Positions 9,591-27,206 of a stretch of 64,000 nucleotides of DNA are shown one piece after another (the first letter of the stretch is position 1; the number at the start of each line of letters is the position of its first letter). The DNA is from the human T2T-CHM13v2.0 reference genome, Homo sapiens. The stretch lies in the NCBI RefSeq assembly GCF_009914755.1, contig NC_060929.1. One strand, 5' to 3'. The notes beneath the pieces are model-generated. The model was not told the DNA's origin, searched no databases, and saw only the letters and a list, made by a program, of their open reading frames with translations. The position numbers and the translations under genes are program-made.

Positions 9591-12510
9591 CACCATCTGG
9601 CCCCACCTGCACTAGAAATCCTTGTGGGCCTCACTCCCACAGTGCTGTGAGTGCCTGCTCCTCTCCCATCCCCCGGGTAGCTGAGGGATGCCAGGGCCCA
9701 GCACAGCCTCACAGCGAGTCCTTGTCGCCTCTCCATGTCCCTCAAAATATGAGCAATCGTAGTACCTCAGGCGGAACCAGTTTCCTCCTGGGTGAGTCCA
9801 TTTGCAGCTGCTTCGTGCTGGACAGCTCTGATAGACAGGGGACCAGCAGAATTAGCCCCTGAGGCTAAAATTCCCCACGGCTACCGGCTCCAGCCTCTGT
9901 CTCTGGCCCCTGGGGATCTCTGGAGTGTCCTCAGCAGGGTCACCTCCAAGTTGATCTACAATCTGCCTTGCAGGTATGCCAGAAGAAACCTGGATGAACC
10001 TAAAATTGAAGGCCAAGGGGAGATGCTCAGGTCTCCCGTGGTGGCAGCAGAGGGGATAATAGAAAAAGAGGGTTTCCCAGAAGCCAGACCACACTCATTA
10101 GGCTTCCGATGGAGACCGAAGACCACCCACTCCACAGGGCCCCAGGAGATGAGGGAGGAGACTCGCGGGTTCTGAGCACCTCCAGCACAGGTGCGCGTCG
10201 CAGGAGAGGTGGTTCTAGCCAGCCAGAGCACCGGGCATGGAGGCGTCTCACTGCCGCGCAGTGTCCCAGGGGACCTCAGGCAGCTCCCTGGCCTTGGAGA
10301 CCCTTGCTTCCAAATTAGCCAGGCGGCTGCCAGGAGCTGGAGGAAGCAGCGGGAAAGAGCGCCTCAGCCCCACCTGGGCAAGACTGCAGAGACTGGCCTG
10401 AACGTGACGTCTTCCTTGCTGGCCCTTCTCCTCTTCCTTGCCCTTCTGTAATTTTTCCTCCATGTTGTAAGGGAAAGGAGATGGGTCTTTCTCCCACACA
10501 TCCACCCATGTCCAGAAACTCCCTCTCCCCTTCTCCCCCAGAGGAGGCGCAGGACGGGGAAGGATGGGCAGGGCTCTCCCTTGGTATTAAAATGGGAGAG
10601 TTCCCTGAGTCCCCTCACAGGAAGTGCGGCAGGGGTGTGGCTCGCCCAGCAGCTCACACTTCCAGGGGGAGCGCGCAGAGAAGCAGGTGCAGAGACTGGG
10701 GTGAGTGCTTTGGGCTCCGGCCTGGCACGGTAGTGTCTACAGGTGGGTGTCTGCAACCCTGGTATTACAAAGCTCTTTCAGCATTGCTGTCTGCAGACGG
10801 CTTGAGTGTTAATCAGCTCAGTGGTCCGCCTGCGTTATCACAAGGGCAGAGGGCCAGTGTGACAGCCTTCTGTATCCCAAGCTCTTGGCCGGTGTTCCAG
10901 AAGAATCAGATCACACGTGGGGTGGAAGGATGACTGCGAGTGGTGGAGGTGGCTCTCAGCGAGATGATGGGGAGCCGAAGGTGGAGGAGTGGGGGAGATA
11001 ATCTTCCCCTGGAGTTCCATCTTTCTCCACGTTCGGAGGCTTCTTCTCTCCTTCTCTGCTGTTCCGCCCTGCCTCTGCCCGCCACTCTCTGCCACCCTGC
11101 TGCTCTCTGCTCCTCTCCACCATCCTCTGCCACTCTCTTCCTCTGCTCCTCTTGACGTTCCACCACTTATGTGTGTGCCTGCTAAGGTCTTGGGTTTATA
11201 TGAGCACAGGATGGGAGGCGTGGCGGGTCAGAGCGGTCTTGGAAAATGCAACATTCGGGGTAAAAACAGGAGTGCCCGTTTTCACTTAGGTCCGCGGGCA
11301 CAGGCCCGAGGGTGGAGCCCTCACCACGGACCCCCGCCCTTCTCTACCCCGCACTTCCCTGCCCCTTCCCGTATTAGTACTGCGGTTGCATGGAACATGT
11401 CACCAGAATTAAGACAGTGTTATTACCAAAAGAAAAAAGGAGAGGAAAAAATCCCCACAGTTACCTTCCCTCTCTGCCGCTTGGGCCAGAGAAACTGGAT
11501 CTGTGACATGACTCAGGAGGGCTGCTCAGGCCACAGCAGGCTGGGGCAGGGGAAGAATGTTCTGGTCAGTGCCTTGGGCTGGGCCCACTTCAGGTTTCTA
11601 CCCTCTCCTCCCCAGGCCACCAACAGAGGAGGCCTTTAGGGGCTTGAGGCCTGGGCAGCTGGGGGCCAGGAGTAGTGGGAGCTGCTCTGGGGCTGCTGAG
11701 GTGAGGACAGGGGTCACCATCCCTCCTCCTTCCCCAGAGCTGGACATTCCCTTCCACAGCTGCTGTGAGGACATTTATTCTCTTCCTCAAAAGTGGGTGC
11801 CATCCCTTCCCCGACCCCATTGTTGGGTAGAGGGAGGCTGACCCAGGGCTAGGAGTAGGGAGGCAACTGCAGAGAGGTGCCGGCTGTCTCTCTGGTGCTT
11901 GGTCTTCATTATCAGCACTCATCTGCACATGTGCTAATTCCACATGGCGCTTCTCCCCACCCCCACCCTTCTGTCTCATCTCTTGGCCTTGCCCTCTGTT
12001 CCTGACACTGTTGCCTCTCCATGGGGTGGGGGCAGACAAGGCCCAGTGGCTCTCACTGGATCACCCTTCATGGCCATGTGCAAGGGGAAGCTATGGGCAC
12101 TTGGCTGGGGGTCTCCCCTGCATCTCCTAATTTCATCTCTGATGTTTCTGTTCTTGAGAAACTCCTGGAGGGAGTTGCGCACAGAAGTGGTCCCCACCCT
12201 CACCTGAGTCCTACAGTTTTTAGTGATGGGTTTTGTTTTTTATTACTTCATACCTTTGATTTATAAGGACTCTGCTCCTACTCATCACATGTGCTCCCAG
12301 CCGAGGCTCAGCAGCAAATCAAGCTCTTGGGTCCCAGAAAGTGGTCTCACCAACTGCACACTTCTTATCCCACACCCCGACCACGAGCTCTAGCTGAAAC
12401 TCTCAGAAACAGCCTAGTTCTTTGAGAGGGCTTGGCTGGGCTCAGCCCACCAGCTTCTGGACTCAGTTTCACCTCTGGATCAAACAGGTAATAAAGAGAA
12501 TGTTGGCAAG
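9591..12510 (+). pseudogene. Probable decayed processed pseudogene (3' coding part plus 3'UTR); parent gene not identified
   Basis: Sharply bounded GC-rich island in AT-rich DNA with no recognisable TE match outside the LTR. Multiple short broken ORFs at 9600-10450, UTR-like sequence at 11381-12490, AATAAA at 12490-12495, then L2 begins. Confidence 0.55.
10588..11376 (-). mobile_element. LTR1/LTR28/MER52-group ERV1 solo LTR
   Basis: Minus strand starts 'taatacgggaaggggcagggaagtgcggggtagagaagggcgg...gggctccaccctcgggcctgtgcccgcggacctaagtg' and ends 'agggaactctcccatttta'; 4-bp TSD GTAT (10584-10587) / GTAC (11377-11380). Confidence 0.88.
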
Positions 12511-13560
12511 TGAGTCTATCCACGATGGTGGATGCATGTTAGGGCTGCAAGAGGGTGAATAGCCATACCAGTTAGAAGGCAGTTACAGTCCAGAAAGAAT
12601 GAGGTAGTTTAAATTAGTATATCCAAGAAACAGAGTCGAGATGCATCTTGGAAGCAGAATGAGCAGGACTTACTGGATGTGGAGAGTGGTGGAGAGTCAA
12701 GGACAGCTCCTAGCTATCCAGCTTAAGCCACGGGGTGGATGAGAAAGACTTGATTCAGCACAGATTTAGATGGGAAAACCAACATTCAGTTCAGGACACA
12801 TTAAAACTGTGTGGAGTGTGGATGCTGTGTTACCACTTGGATATGTGACATTGTGTCTTAGAGGAGAGGTCGGGGCTGAAGATAACATTAGGAAGCTTTA
12901 GCATGGGAATAGTGTTTAGAACCATGGTGGACTAGACCATTTTTGCATTGCTATAAAGGAATACTGCAGTTGTATAATTTATAAAGAAAAGAGGTTTAAT
13001 TGGCTCACGGTTTTGCAGGTTGTACAGGAAGTGTGGTGCCAGCATCTGCTCCTGGTGAGGCCTCAGGAAGCTTACAATTATGGCTAAAAGATGAAGAGGA
13101 ACCAGTGTGTCACATGGTCAGAAAGGATACACAAAAGAGGGAAGGATGAGGCGCCACACACTTTTAAGCAACCAAATCTTGGGTGAACTCACAATGAGAA
13201 TGCACTCATTACCATGGGAAGGGCACCAAGCCATTCATGAGGAATCTGCTCCCATGACCCAAGAACCTCCCACCAGACCCCACCTCCAATATTAGGGATT
13301 ACATTTCAACATGAGATTTGGAGGGGACAAATATGCAAACTGTACCACATGGCGACTGAGGAGACTGTCATAGGGAGAGGAAAGAGAGGGAAGAAAGCCT
13401 GGACTGATTCTTGAGGAATTTTGACATTTGAAGATAAGGACACAAAAAATAAGTCGGAAAGTGATGAAGCAGAAAGGCAGGAAGAAAATAAGGAATGTGG
13501 TGTCAACAGAGGCTGGCAGCAAAAAGAACAGAGACAGGGCTTAGGGGATCAAAGGGTAAG
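12505..13560 (-). mobile_element. L2 fragment split by an MST LTR
   Basis: 'accagttagaaggcagttacagtccag', 'gagtcaaggacagctcctag', 'ggagaggtcggggctgaagata'; resumes after 13352. Confidence 0.7.
12928..13347 (-). mobile_element. MSTA/MSTB (MaLR) solo LTR
   Basis: 'ttgcattgctataaaggaatac...gaggtttaattggctcacgg...acatttcaacatgagatttggaggggacaaa'; TSD CATGG at 12923-12927 and 13348-13352. Confidence 0.92.
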
Positions 13561-13673
13561 TTCAAGGGAGGCGCTTGTATAGGCAAAGGGGACACATGGG
13601 AGGTTTGGCCTTTGAAGACAAGAGAGGGCCTCCCTTTGTTTTACAAGAAAGAAGAAAGAAGATCTGTCTAAAT

Positions 13674-13994
13674 CGGGGTCAGCAAACCTGCAAAGGGCCA
13701 GAGAGTAAATATTTTGAGTTTCCAGGTCCATATGGTCTCTGCTACAGCACCACTGCTATGGCAGGAGGGCAGCCACAGACAATAAGTCAACACATGTGTG
13801 TGGCTGGCTTCCAAACAGACTTTATTTATGGACACTGGAGTTGGAATTTCATAGAATTTTCATGTGTCATAAAATATTATTCATCTACTTTTTCCCGTTA
13901 TTCAAAAATGTAAAAACCACCATAAGCTGGTGGGCCATATGAAAACACACCGAAGGCCAGATCTGGCTGATGGGCCATCGTTTGCTGGGTCCTG
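13674..13994 (+). mobile_element. MER58B (hAT-Charlie MITE)
   Basis: TIR-like ends 'cggggtcagcaaac' / 'gtttgctgggtcctg'; 8-bp TSD GTCTAAAT/GTCTAGAT. Confidence 0.9.
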
Positions 13995-14877
13995 GTCTAG
14001 ATACTGGCAGGAACATAGTAATATTTACAAAACAATTGTGCACGGGGCTGGGGGTGTGGAGCGCAACATGTTCCACTCACAGAACTCTGTCACTTCAGTG
14101 AGATAAGAGTCACAGGCTTTAGCTGAGGTAAGAGTAGGCTTGAATCGCCAAAGGCAGAGAATTCTTGAGAAGATGAGGAAGCTGTTTTATCAGAATAACA
14201 CAGCAGCATGCAGAGTGGAAATCCCACAGAAGCATGACGGTGTCAACCGATGGGAAGGAGCGAGGCTTCTGGAGGCTCTGACATGGAAGCTGAGTCTTCA
14301 AGGATGGTCCAAGGTTATGAATTCATTTCAAAGTGGGAAGCAGTATTAAAGTGTGAAGAGACCAAGAAGAAGTGATCACATGCTACAACATGGCCATTTA
14401 CAAGTGACAATAATCACATTCAATAATTTCTGTTTTAAGCAAATTGCCTTTGAATGATACTAAAACAGAGATTGGCTGTAGTGTAACATGTCCAGACCTC
14501 CCCTAACAGGCCAGTGGGCTGCCTTGCACACACATCTGGTCAGCATCTGGAGCGCACACAGGAGAAAATTCATCATATTTGCTCTGCATGTTAAACTCGG
14601 GGGCAGCCAGAGAAGTTCTTGTTCATTTCAAATCAGGCAAATTTGCTCAATTTGGGAACAGGGTATATATAAGGCCTTAAATGCAAGTCCCATTTCCAGT
14701 TTCTGTGGAGTCTAGTATAAGCTCCTGGAGGATAATTTCACCTTCAAACCAGCTCAGCCTTTGTTCCTTCTGGAATGGTACAAGAAGAGTCAATGTCTAG
14801 GAGAGCAGAGCTAAGATTTCAGAGTAGGGATTCACAATTCTGTGTTCTTAAATTTGTATTTACATTTCAGAGTGTCT

Positions 14878-16374
<1,497 letters not shown>

Positions 16375-17539
16375 CCATAACCTCATGTCAGAAAAATTCA
16401 AGCAGTAAGACATCTAAAGAGTGGGTTTTTGCAGCTTTACCCTTTTCCTTGTTAGCACTTCATAAAAAGTGACAATCTAAATATCCTTTGGCTTTTTTGC
16501 ATTGACTTCTAACTCTTACCTTCTAGTGGTTTCTCTCTTTCGATGGGCACTCATGTATACTTTTTTCTTCTCTATATTCAAGAGTATTTGAAACCTGCTT
16601 TCATTGTGAGAGACATCACCACTCTACAGAAATAAAATATCTGAATGATTTTTCACAGATACAGTACATAAGACCAAATAGTCACAATACGTGTCTTGAT
16701 ATTCTGCACATCACACAAAAATACGGATGCTATAAATTTCCTTGATTTGGTAACCATAATTCCAAGGAAACATTAAATTTTATTTTAAGGACCAATAAGC
16801 TAAATTTGTCACAAAATAAGGTTTCACTTTTATAAACTAAAAACCATTGGGGGTAAAGAGATAGCTTAAAGCTATCTTAAAAAAAGCATTTCTTTGCATT
16901 TAGAAGTGGGGGATGGCTAGGATGTGAAGGGAGAGATGGGGCCAAAATACCTTTAGAGGCTTTTACTTAACACTTGTAAATCTTGGAGTGTATTCTACTA
17001 GGGATAAAATAGATAATTTCTTCTAATTTAAAGATAGAATAATCTATTTGTATGTACAATCGAGTATGTTATGGAATTTTTAGTCGTTTGGCCAAATGAG
17101 AAATACAATTAAACTTTCCCTTGAGGGGGGAGATTTTTGTTTGGGAAAAGGGAAAGGGCAAAGAGAAGTCATACTATTTTACTTACAGTAAACCAGTTAT
17201 AAAATTAAAGAAAGATTATTTTCTTGCTTGTGGGGAGAGTTGTAAGAGAATAATACATTTCTAACTTTCTCTAAATACAGGGACACGTCAACTTTTTGCT
17301 GTTTTCATGCCAAGTCAAAGCCAACTCCCATAGAGGCAACATTGCATAAGGAGATGAAATATTTTCTACTAAAAGAAAAACACTTTGAGTGTTTCCATAT
17401 TTTGTTGTTGTAGAATGCTTTTCCTTTTAAAAAGGCTGTTTTTCTCGGTTGTTTAGCCAAACTTCCAAGCAGGCACATCTAGCATCAATGAAAGAAAAAT
17501 CTTTTTTAAAAAACTGAAAGGTTTAGCCAAACTGAATAT

Positions 17540-17720
17540 CCTGATTTTTGATAAGGAAGTCCCAGTAAGGATAGCTTCGTGTTTTGCAGACAATTTCTCA
17601 CTTTCATGTTTCTGTTGGAGGTCGAACGGGGCTGCTGCCTGCGCAGCACCGCGGGGGCTGTGAAGAAGCATGGCCTTAGCATTCTTTGGGAGATTCCCTG
17701 GTGTTGGGAATTCTTTAGGC
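17540..17720. promoter_or_regulatory. Candidate enhancer/promoter (CpG cluster with NF-kB, ETS and NRF1-like motifs)
   Basis: CpGs in 'gtcgaacggggctgctgcctgcgcagcaccgcggggg'; GGGAGATTCC at 17688-17697; 'aggaagt' near 17553. Confidence 0.3.
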
Positions 17721-18014
17721 AACGATATTACAATCCTGACTTTTGAACTACGCATCTGGCAGAGGATTTTCAACTCTTTTCTCACCCAGAGAAACCTGAG
17801 ATAGTGAAAGAAACTGCAGCAATGTCAAAAAGGATGAAAAGGATTGACAATAACGTTGTATTTTTAGAAAGCATTTATTTGAGCTTTACACTCCTGAAAA
17901 CATATAAAGATAGCCTCTCTATCCTTTTTGTTTAAACTGAAGAATAAAAACAGTTTCTAATAACTACTGCTGATACCTACTCTCAGAATACACTCATTAG
18001 AAAAAGGAGAAATC

Positions 18015-18334
<320 letters not shown>

Positions 18335-18468
18335 TTAAAACAACATCATGTTAAAGTTTACTGTCTCGTTCAAATAAGAATGACACTATTTTAATATACT
18401 CACAAGTGGTTTAATCAGTTTAACATTTATAAATAAAATAAATAAATGTAAATGAATAAGTAAATAAA

Positions 18469-18587
18469 TTCCATGAGAGTATGTACTTAATCTACTTTAT
18501 TTACTGATGTAGCCTCGGGACTTGGAACAGTATCTGGCACATGGTAAGCTTTCAATAAGTATTTTTGTATATAAAGAAATAAATGAA
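18469..18587 (+). mobile_element. L2 3' end
   Basis: 'ttggaacagtatctggcacatggtaagctttcaataagtattt...aaataaatgaa'. Confidence 0.65.
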
Positions 18588-19598
18588 TATTGAGATTGGT
18601 CTTGCATAAAAAGAGAAGATTTGCAGGCCCCAAACTATTTTATTTTTCACATTGCTAGCTTAGTCTTAATAAATCTAGTGCATTAGTGTGTTATTGTTGT
18701 TGTATTTTATCCAATAAATGGCCTTCCTTTCTGCTCTTCCTTCTTCACCATTTTTCTGTTCTACTTTGATGTTATATGATGATCTTTCCCCAGACTATGC
18801 CAATACTCACAGTGGACAGGAATCTATGACTTGCGTAAGCCAATTTCTGTGGTTTTCTTTTGTTTTTTCCTTTCTAGTTTCCAATCAAGTGATGGCTTTA
18901 CTGAGACATTTTTATATTTCTCAGTTTGTCACCATTTTCATTTTAATCTGTTTTTCTACTTCTGTCAATTATTCTTAGCTTTGTTTTTCCATTTTCCTCC
19001 AATTTTCATTAGCTCAAATAAATATCACTAATATTCAATCTTGTTACCTTTGTTTCAGGGTATACGTGAGGATTTCTCCAAAGTAAAAAGTACTTTCTTC
19101 CTTTTCTTCTTGACTTAAATGGTAGTTTATTGTTTTGCATATGACCAATAGTTTAAGCTCTTTTTCATCTCTCTTTGTTCAAATTTGCAATTGTTGTTTA
19201 CATTCGCAAACGTTGTTTAAAAGTGTTTGTGTTGCTCTTCATAACTTTCTTCTTATACGACATTTCTTTATATACAAAAAGCTTTATTGAGATACAATTT
19301 ACATAAAATAAACTGACTGTATCTAAACTGTGTAATTTGATGAGTTTTTTGAAAACAACCAGAATAATAAACATATTCATCATCTTTAAAAGTTGTCTGG
19401 TGACCTCTGCAAACTCTTAGCTGGGGCCCTCTGAACACTTCCAACCTGGTCCCTAGGTAACCACTGATCTGCTTTCTGTCACTATAAATTAGTTTGCATT
19501 TACTATAATTTTATATTAATACAAATGAAATAATACAGTCTGTACTCTTTTGTTCTTTAGCTTTTTTCACCCAGCATAGTTTTTTTGAGATTCATCTT

Positions 19599-19648
19599 TG
19601 TGTGTATGTGTGTGTGTGTGTATGTGTGTGTGTGTGTGTGGTGTGTGT
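19599..19648. repeat. Imperfect (TG)n microsatellite
   Basis: Directly visible. Confidence 0.9.
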
Positions 19649-19859
19649 ATAATTCAGTCCTTTTTATTCCTGAATAGCATCCCATTGCAGAGATGAACCA
19701 TAATTTGCTTATATACTTATCTATTAATGGACATTTTGGTTGTTTCCAGGTTTTAGCTAATATAAATAATGCTATTATGAACATTCGTGTACAAGTCTTT
19801 GCCTGGATAGGTGCTTCTGTTTTTCTTGGTTAAGTACCAGGGAGTAGAATGACTGAGTC

Positions 19860-20855
19860 ATATATATGTGTACACGAATATCTGCATATATATATATATA
19901 TAAAATATGTATACACACATATGTATATACATATACATACATATACAAATATATGTATATACATATACATACATATACATATACACATATGTATATACAT
20001 ATACACACATATGCATATACGCATACCCGTATATACATACACACACATATGCATATACGCATACCCGTATATACATACACACACATATGCATATACGCAT
20101 ACCCGTATATACATACACACACATATGCATATACGCATACCTGTATATACATACACACACATATGCATATACGCATACCCGTAGGTACATACACACATAT
20201 GCATATACGCATACCCGTATGTACATACACACACATGCATATACGCATAGCCGTATGTACATATACACACATATGCATATACGCATACCCGTATGTACAG
20301 ATACACACATATGCATATACGCATACCCGTATGTACAGATACACACATATGCATATACGCATACCCGTATGTACAGATACACACATATGCATATACGCAT
20401 ACCCGTATGTACATATACACAGATATGCATATACGCATACCCGTATGTACATATACACACATATGCATATACGCATACCCGTATATATATACACACATGC
20501 ATATATGCATACCCGTATATACATATACACACACATGCATATACGCATACCCGTATATACATATACACACACATGCATATACGCATACCCGTATATGTAT
20601 ATACACACATATGTATATACGCATACCCGTGTATGTATATACACACATATGTATATACGCATACCCGTGTATGTATATACACACATATGCATATACGCAT
20701 ACACGTGTATGTATATACACACATATGCATATACGCATACACGTGTATGTATATACACACATATGCATATACGCATACACATATATGTATATACACATAC
20801 ACATATATGTATATACGCACACACATATATGTATATAAATATACATATATGTATA
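19860..20855. repeat. Minisatellite, 36-38 bp unit, ~20-22 copies, with (TA/CA)n flanks
   Basis: Unit 'atacacacacatatgcatatacgcatacccgtatatac'; the 'acccgt' motif (one copy acctgt) recurs at 20063, 20101, 20139 and 20177. Confidence 0.95.
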
Positions 20856-21838
20856 GATTTTTTTATGAAACTGCCAAGTGTTTTCAAAAGTGCTTGTAAA
20901 AGTTTACATTTTTCTCAGTTGTATTTCAAAGCCCCATGTCTTCCATTTTCTCAGCAACATTGGTGTAATTAGTATCTTTCTAACTTTAGTCACTCCATTG
21001 GGGGGTGTAGTGGTGTCTCACTGTGGTTTTAATTTGCATTTCCCAAACAACTAATGATGTTGAACATCTTTTCATGTGCTTATTTGGCATCCATATATTT
21101 CTTTGGTGAAGTGTCTGTTCAAACCACCTGCCCATTTTTTTTATTAGATCATTGGTTCTTATTATTTTGAAAAGTTCTTTATGAATTCTGAAAATAAGTC
21201 TCTTATTGGATGAAAAGTTTGCAAATGAATTCTCCCTGTTGTTTCAGTTCCTTAACAGAAACTTTTAAAGAGCAGATTTTCTTCACTATAATGAAGTTCA
21301 ATTTATCAGGCTTTTCTTTTATGGATTATGCTTTTGGTATTTTAAAGAAAATCCTAAAGAATCCAGAAAGAAACTATTAGAATAAATAAATGAATTCAGC
21401 AAAATTGCAGGATACGAGATCAACACACAAAAAACAGTTATATTTCTAGACATTAGCAATAAATAATCCAAAAATGAAATTAAGAAAACAATTCCATTTA
21501 CAATAACATCCAAAAGAATAAGATGACTAATAATAAATTTAAGGGGCTGGCAGCCAAGATGGCCAAATAGGAACAGCTCCGGTCTACCACTCCCAGCATG
21601 AGCGACGCAGAAGATGGGTGATTTCTGCATTTCCATCTGAGGTACTGGGTTCTCACTAGGGAGTGCCAGACAGTGGGCGCAGGATAGTGGGTGCAGCGCA
21701 CTGTGCATGAGCCAAAGCAGGGTGAGGCATTGCCTCACTTGGGAAGTGCAAGGGGTCAGGGATCTTCCCTTTCCTAGTCAAAGAAAGGGGTGACAGACGG
21801 CATCTGGAAAATTGGGTCACTCCCACCTGAATACTACC

Positions 21839-21994
21839 CTATTCCAACAGGCTTAAAAAACGGCGCACCAGGAGATTATATCCTGCACATGGCTCGGAGG
21901 GTCCTACGCCCACGGAGTCTTGCTGATTGCTAGCACAGCAGTCTGAGATCAAACTGCAAGGTGGCAGTGAGGCTGGGGGAGGGGCGCCCGCCAT
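21839..21994 (-). pseudogene. L1 ORF0, truncated to 51 aa
   Basis: MAGAPPPASLPPCSLISDCCASNQQDSVGVGPSEP... matches primate L1 ORF0; premature stop after ...RRFLSLLE. Confidence 0.8.
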
Positions 21995-22577
21995 TGCCCA
22001 GGCTTGCTTAGGTAAACAAAGCAGCCGGGAAGCTCCAACTGGGTGGAGCCCACCACAGCTCAAGGAGGCCTGCCTGCCTCTGTAGGCTCCACCTCTGGGG
22101 GCAGGGCACAGACAAACAAAAAGACAGCAGTAACCTCTGCAGACTTAAATGTCCCTGTCTGACAGCTTTGAAGAGAGCAGTGGTTCTCCCAGCACGCAGC
22201 TGGAGATCTGAGAACGGGCGGACTGCCTCCTCAAGTGGGTCCCTGACCCCTGACCCCCGAGCAGCCTAACTGAGAGGCACCCCCCAGTAGGGGCAGACTG
22301 ACACCTCACATGGCTGGGTACTCCTCTGAGACAAAACTTCCAGAGGAACGATCAGACAGCAGCATTCGCGGTTCATGAAAATCCGCTGTTCTGCAGCCAC
22401 CGCTGCGGATACCCAGGCAAACAGGGTATGGAGTGGACCTCTAGCAAACTCCAACAGACCTGCAGCTGAGGGTCCTGTCTGTTAGAAGGAAAACTAACAA
22501 ACAGAAAGGACATCCACACCAAAAACCCTTCTGTACATCACCATCATCAAAGACCAAAAGTAGATAAAACCACAAAG

Positions 22578-23500
22578 ATGGGGAAAAAACAGAGGAGAAA
22601 AATTGGAAACTCTAAAAAGCAGAGTGCCTCTCCTCCTCCAAAGGAACACAGTTCCTCACCAGCAATGGAACAAAGCTGGACGGAGAATGACTTTGACGAG
22701 CTGAGAGAAGAAAGCTTCAGACGATCAAACTACTCCAAGCTACAGGAGGAAACTCAAACCAAAGGCAAAGAAGTTTAAAACTTTGAAAAAATTTAGATGA
22801 ATGTATAACTAGAATAACCAATACAGGGAAGTGTTTAAAGGAACTGATAGAGCTGAAAGCCAAGGCTCGAGAACTGCGTGAAGAATGCAGAAGCCTCAGT
22901 AGCCGATGCGATCAACTGGAAGAAAGGGTATCAGTGATGGAAGATGAAATGAATGAAATGAAGTGAGAAGGGAAGTTTAGAGAAAAAAGAATAAAAAGAA
23001 ACAAACAAAGCCTCCAAGAAATATGGGACTATGTGAAAAGACCAAATCTACATGATTGGTGTACCTGAAAGTGACGGGGAGAATGGAACCAAGTTGGAAA
23101 ACACTCTGCAGGATATTATCCAGGAGAACTTCCCCAATCTAGGAAGGCAGGCCAACATTCAGATTTAGGAAATACAGAGAACGCCACAAAGATACTCTTC
23201 GAGGACAGCAACTCCAAGACACATAATTGTCAGATTCACCAAAGTTGAAATGAAGGAAAAAATGTTAAGGGCAGCCAGAGAGAAAGGTCGGGTTACCCAC
23301 AAAGGGAAGCCCATCAGACTAACAGCAGATCTCTCGGCAGAAACTCTACAAGCCAGAAGAGAGTGGGGACCAATATTCAGCATTCTTAAAGAAAAGAATT
23401 TTCAACCCTGAATTTCATATCCAGCCAAACTAAGCTTCATAAGTGAAGGAGAAATAAAATACTTTACAGACAAGCAAATGCTGAGAGATTTTGTCACCAC

Positions 23501-23504
<4 letters not shown>
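22578..23504 (+). pseudogene. L1 ORF1p, disrupted
   Basis: MGKKQRRKIGNSKKQSASPPPKE start; stop at 22776-22778, frameshifts, and C-terminus deleted. Confidence 0.9.

Positions 23505-27206
<3,702 letters not shown>

Larger units (their letters stand above)
19275..21340 (-). mobile_element. Old L1 (L1MB/L1MC-type) 3' end, hosting (TG)n and a minisatellite
   Basis: 'gctttattgagatacaatttacata', 'ggtaaccactgatctgctttctgtcactata', 'gtggtgtctcactgtggttttaatttgcatttccc'. Confidence 0.85.

Noticed and set aside
9256-9650. Hydrophobic F/L-rich ORFs resembling membrane peptides
   Set aside because: Artefact of the T-rich low-complexity tract.
10191-10451. 86-aa ORF ending in a GPI/TM-like tail (SSLLALLLFLALL)
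   Set aside because: Starts at GTG, no recognisable homology, and the hydrophobic end comes from a CT-rich stretch; cannot be supported as a CDS without a homology search.
10838-11639. Overlapping 70-216 aa ORFs
   Set aside because: Chance ORFs within the GC-rich LTR; no gag/pol/env motifs, and the TSDs show a solo LTR.
19990-20790. 36-38 bp periodic array as a CRISPR-like locus
   Set aside because: Units are contiguous with no unique spacers, there are no cas genes, and the context is primate.
19775-20972. Six-frame 180-370 aa ORFs (Y/I/H/T/C/V/M-rich)
   Set aside because: They arise because the purine/pyrimidine-alternating minisatellite lacks stop codons; no coding signature.
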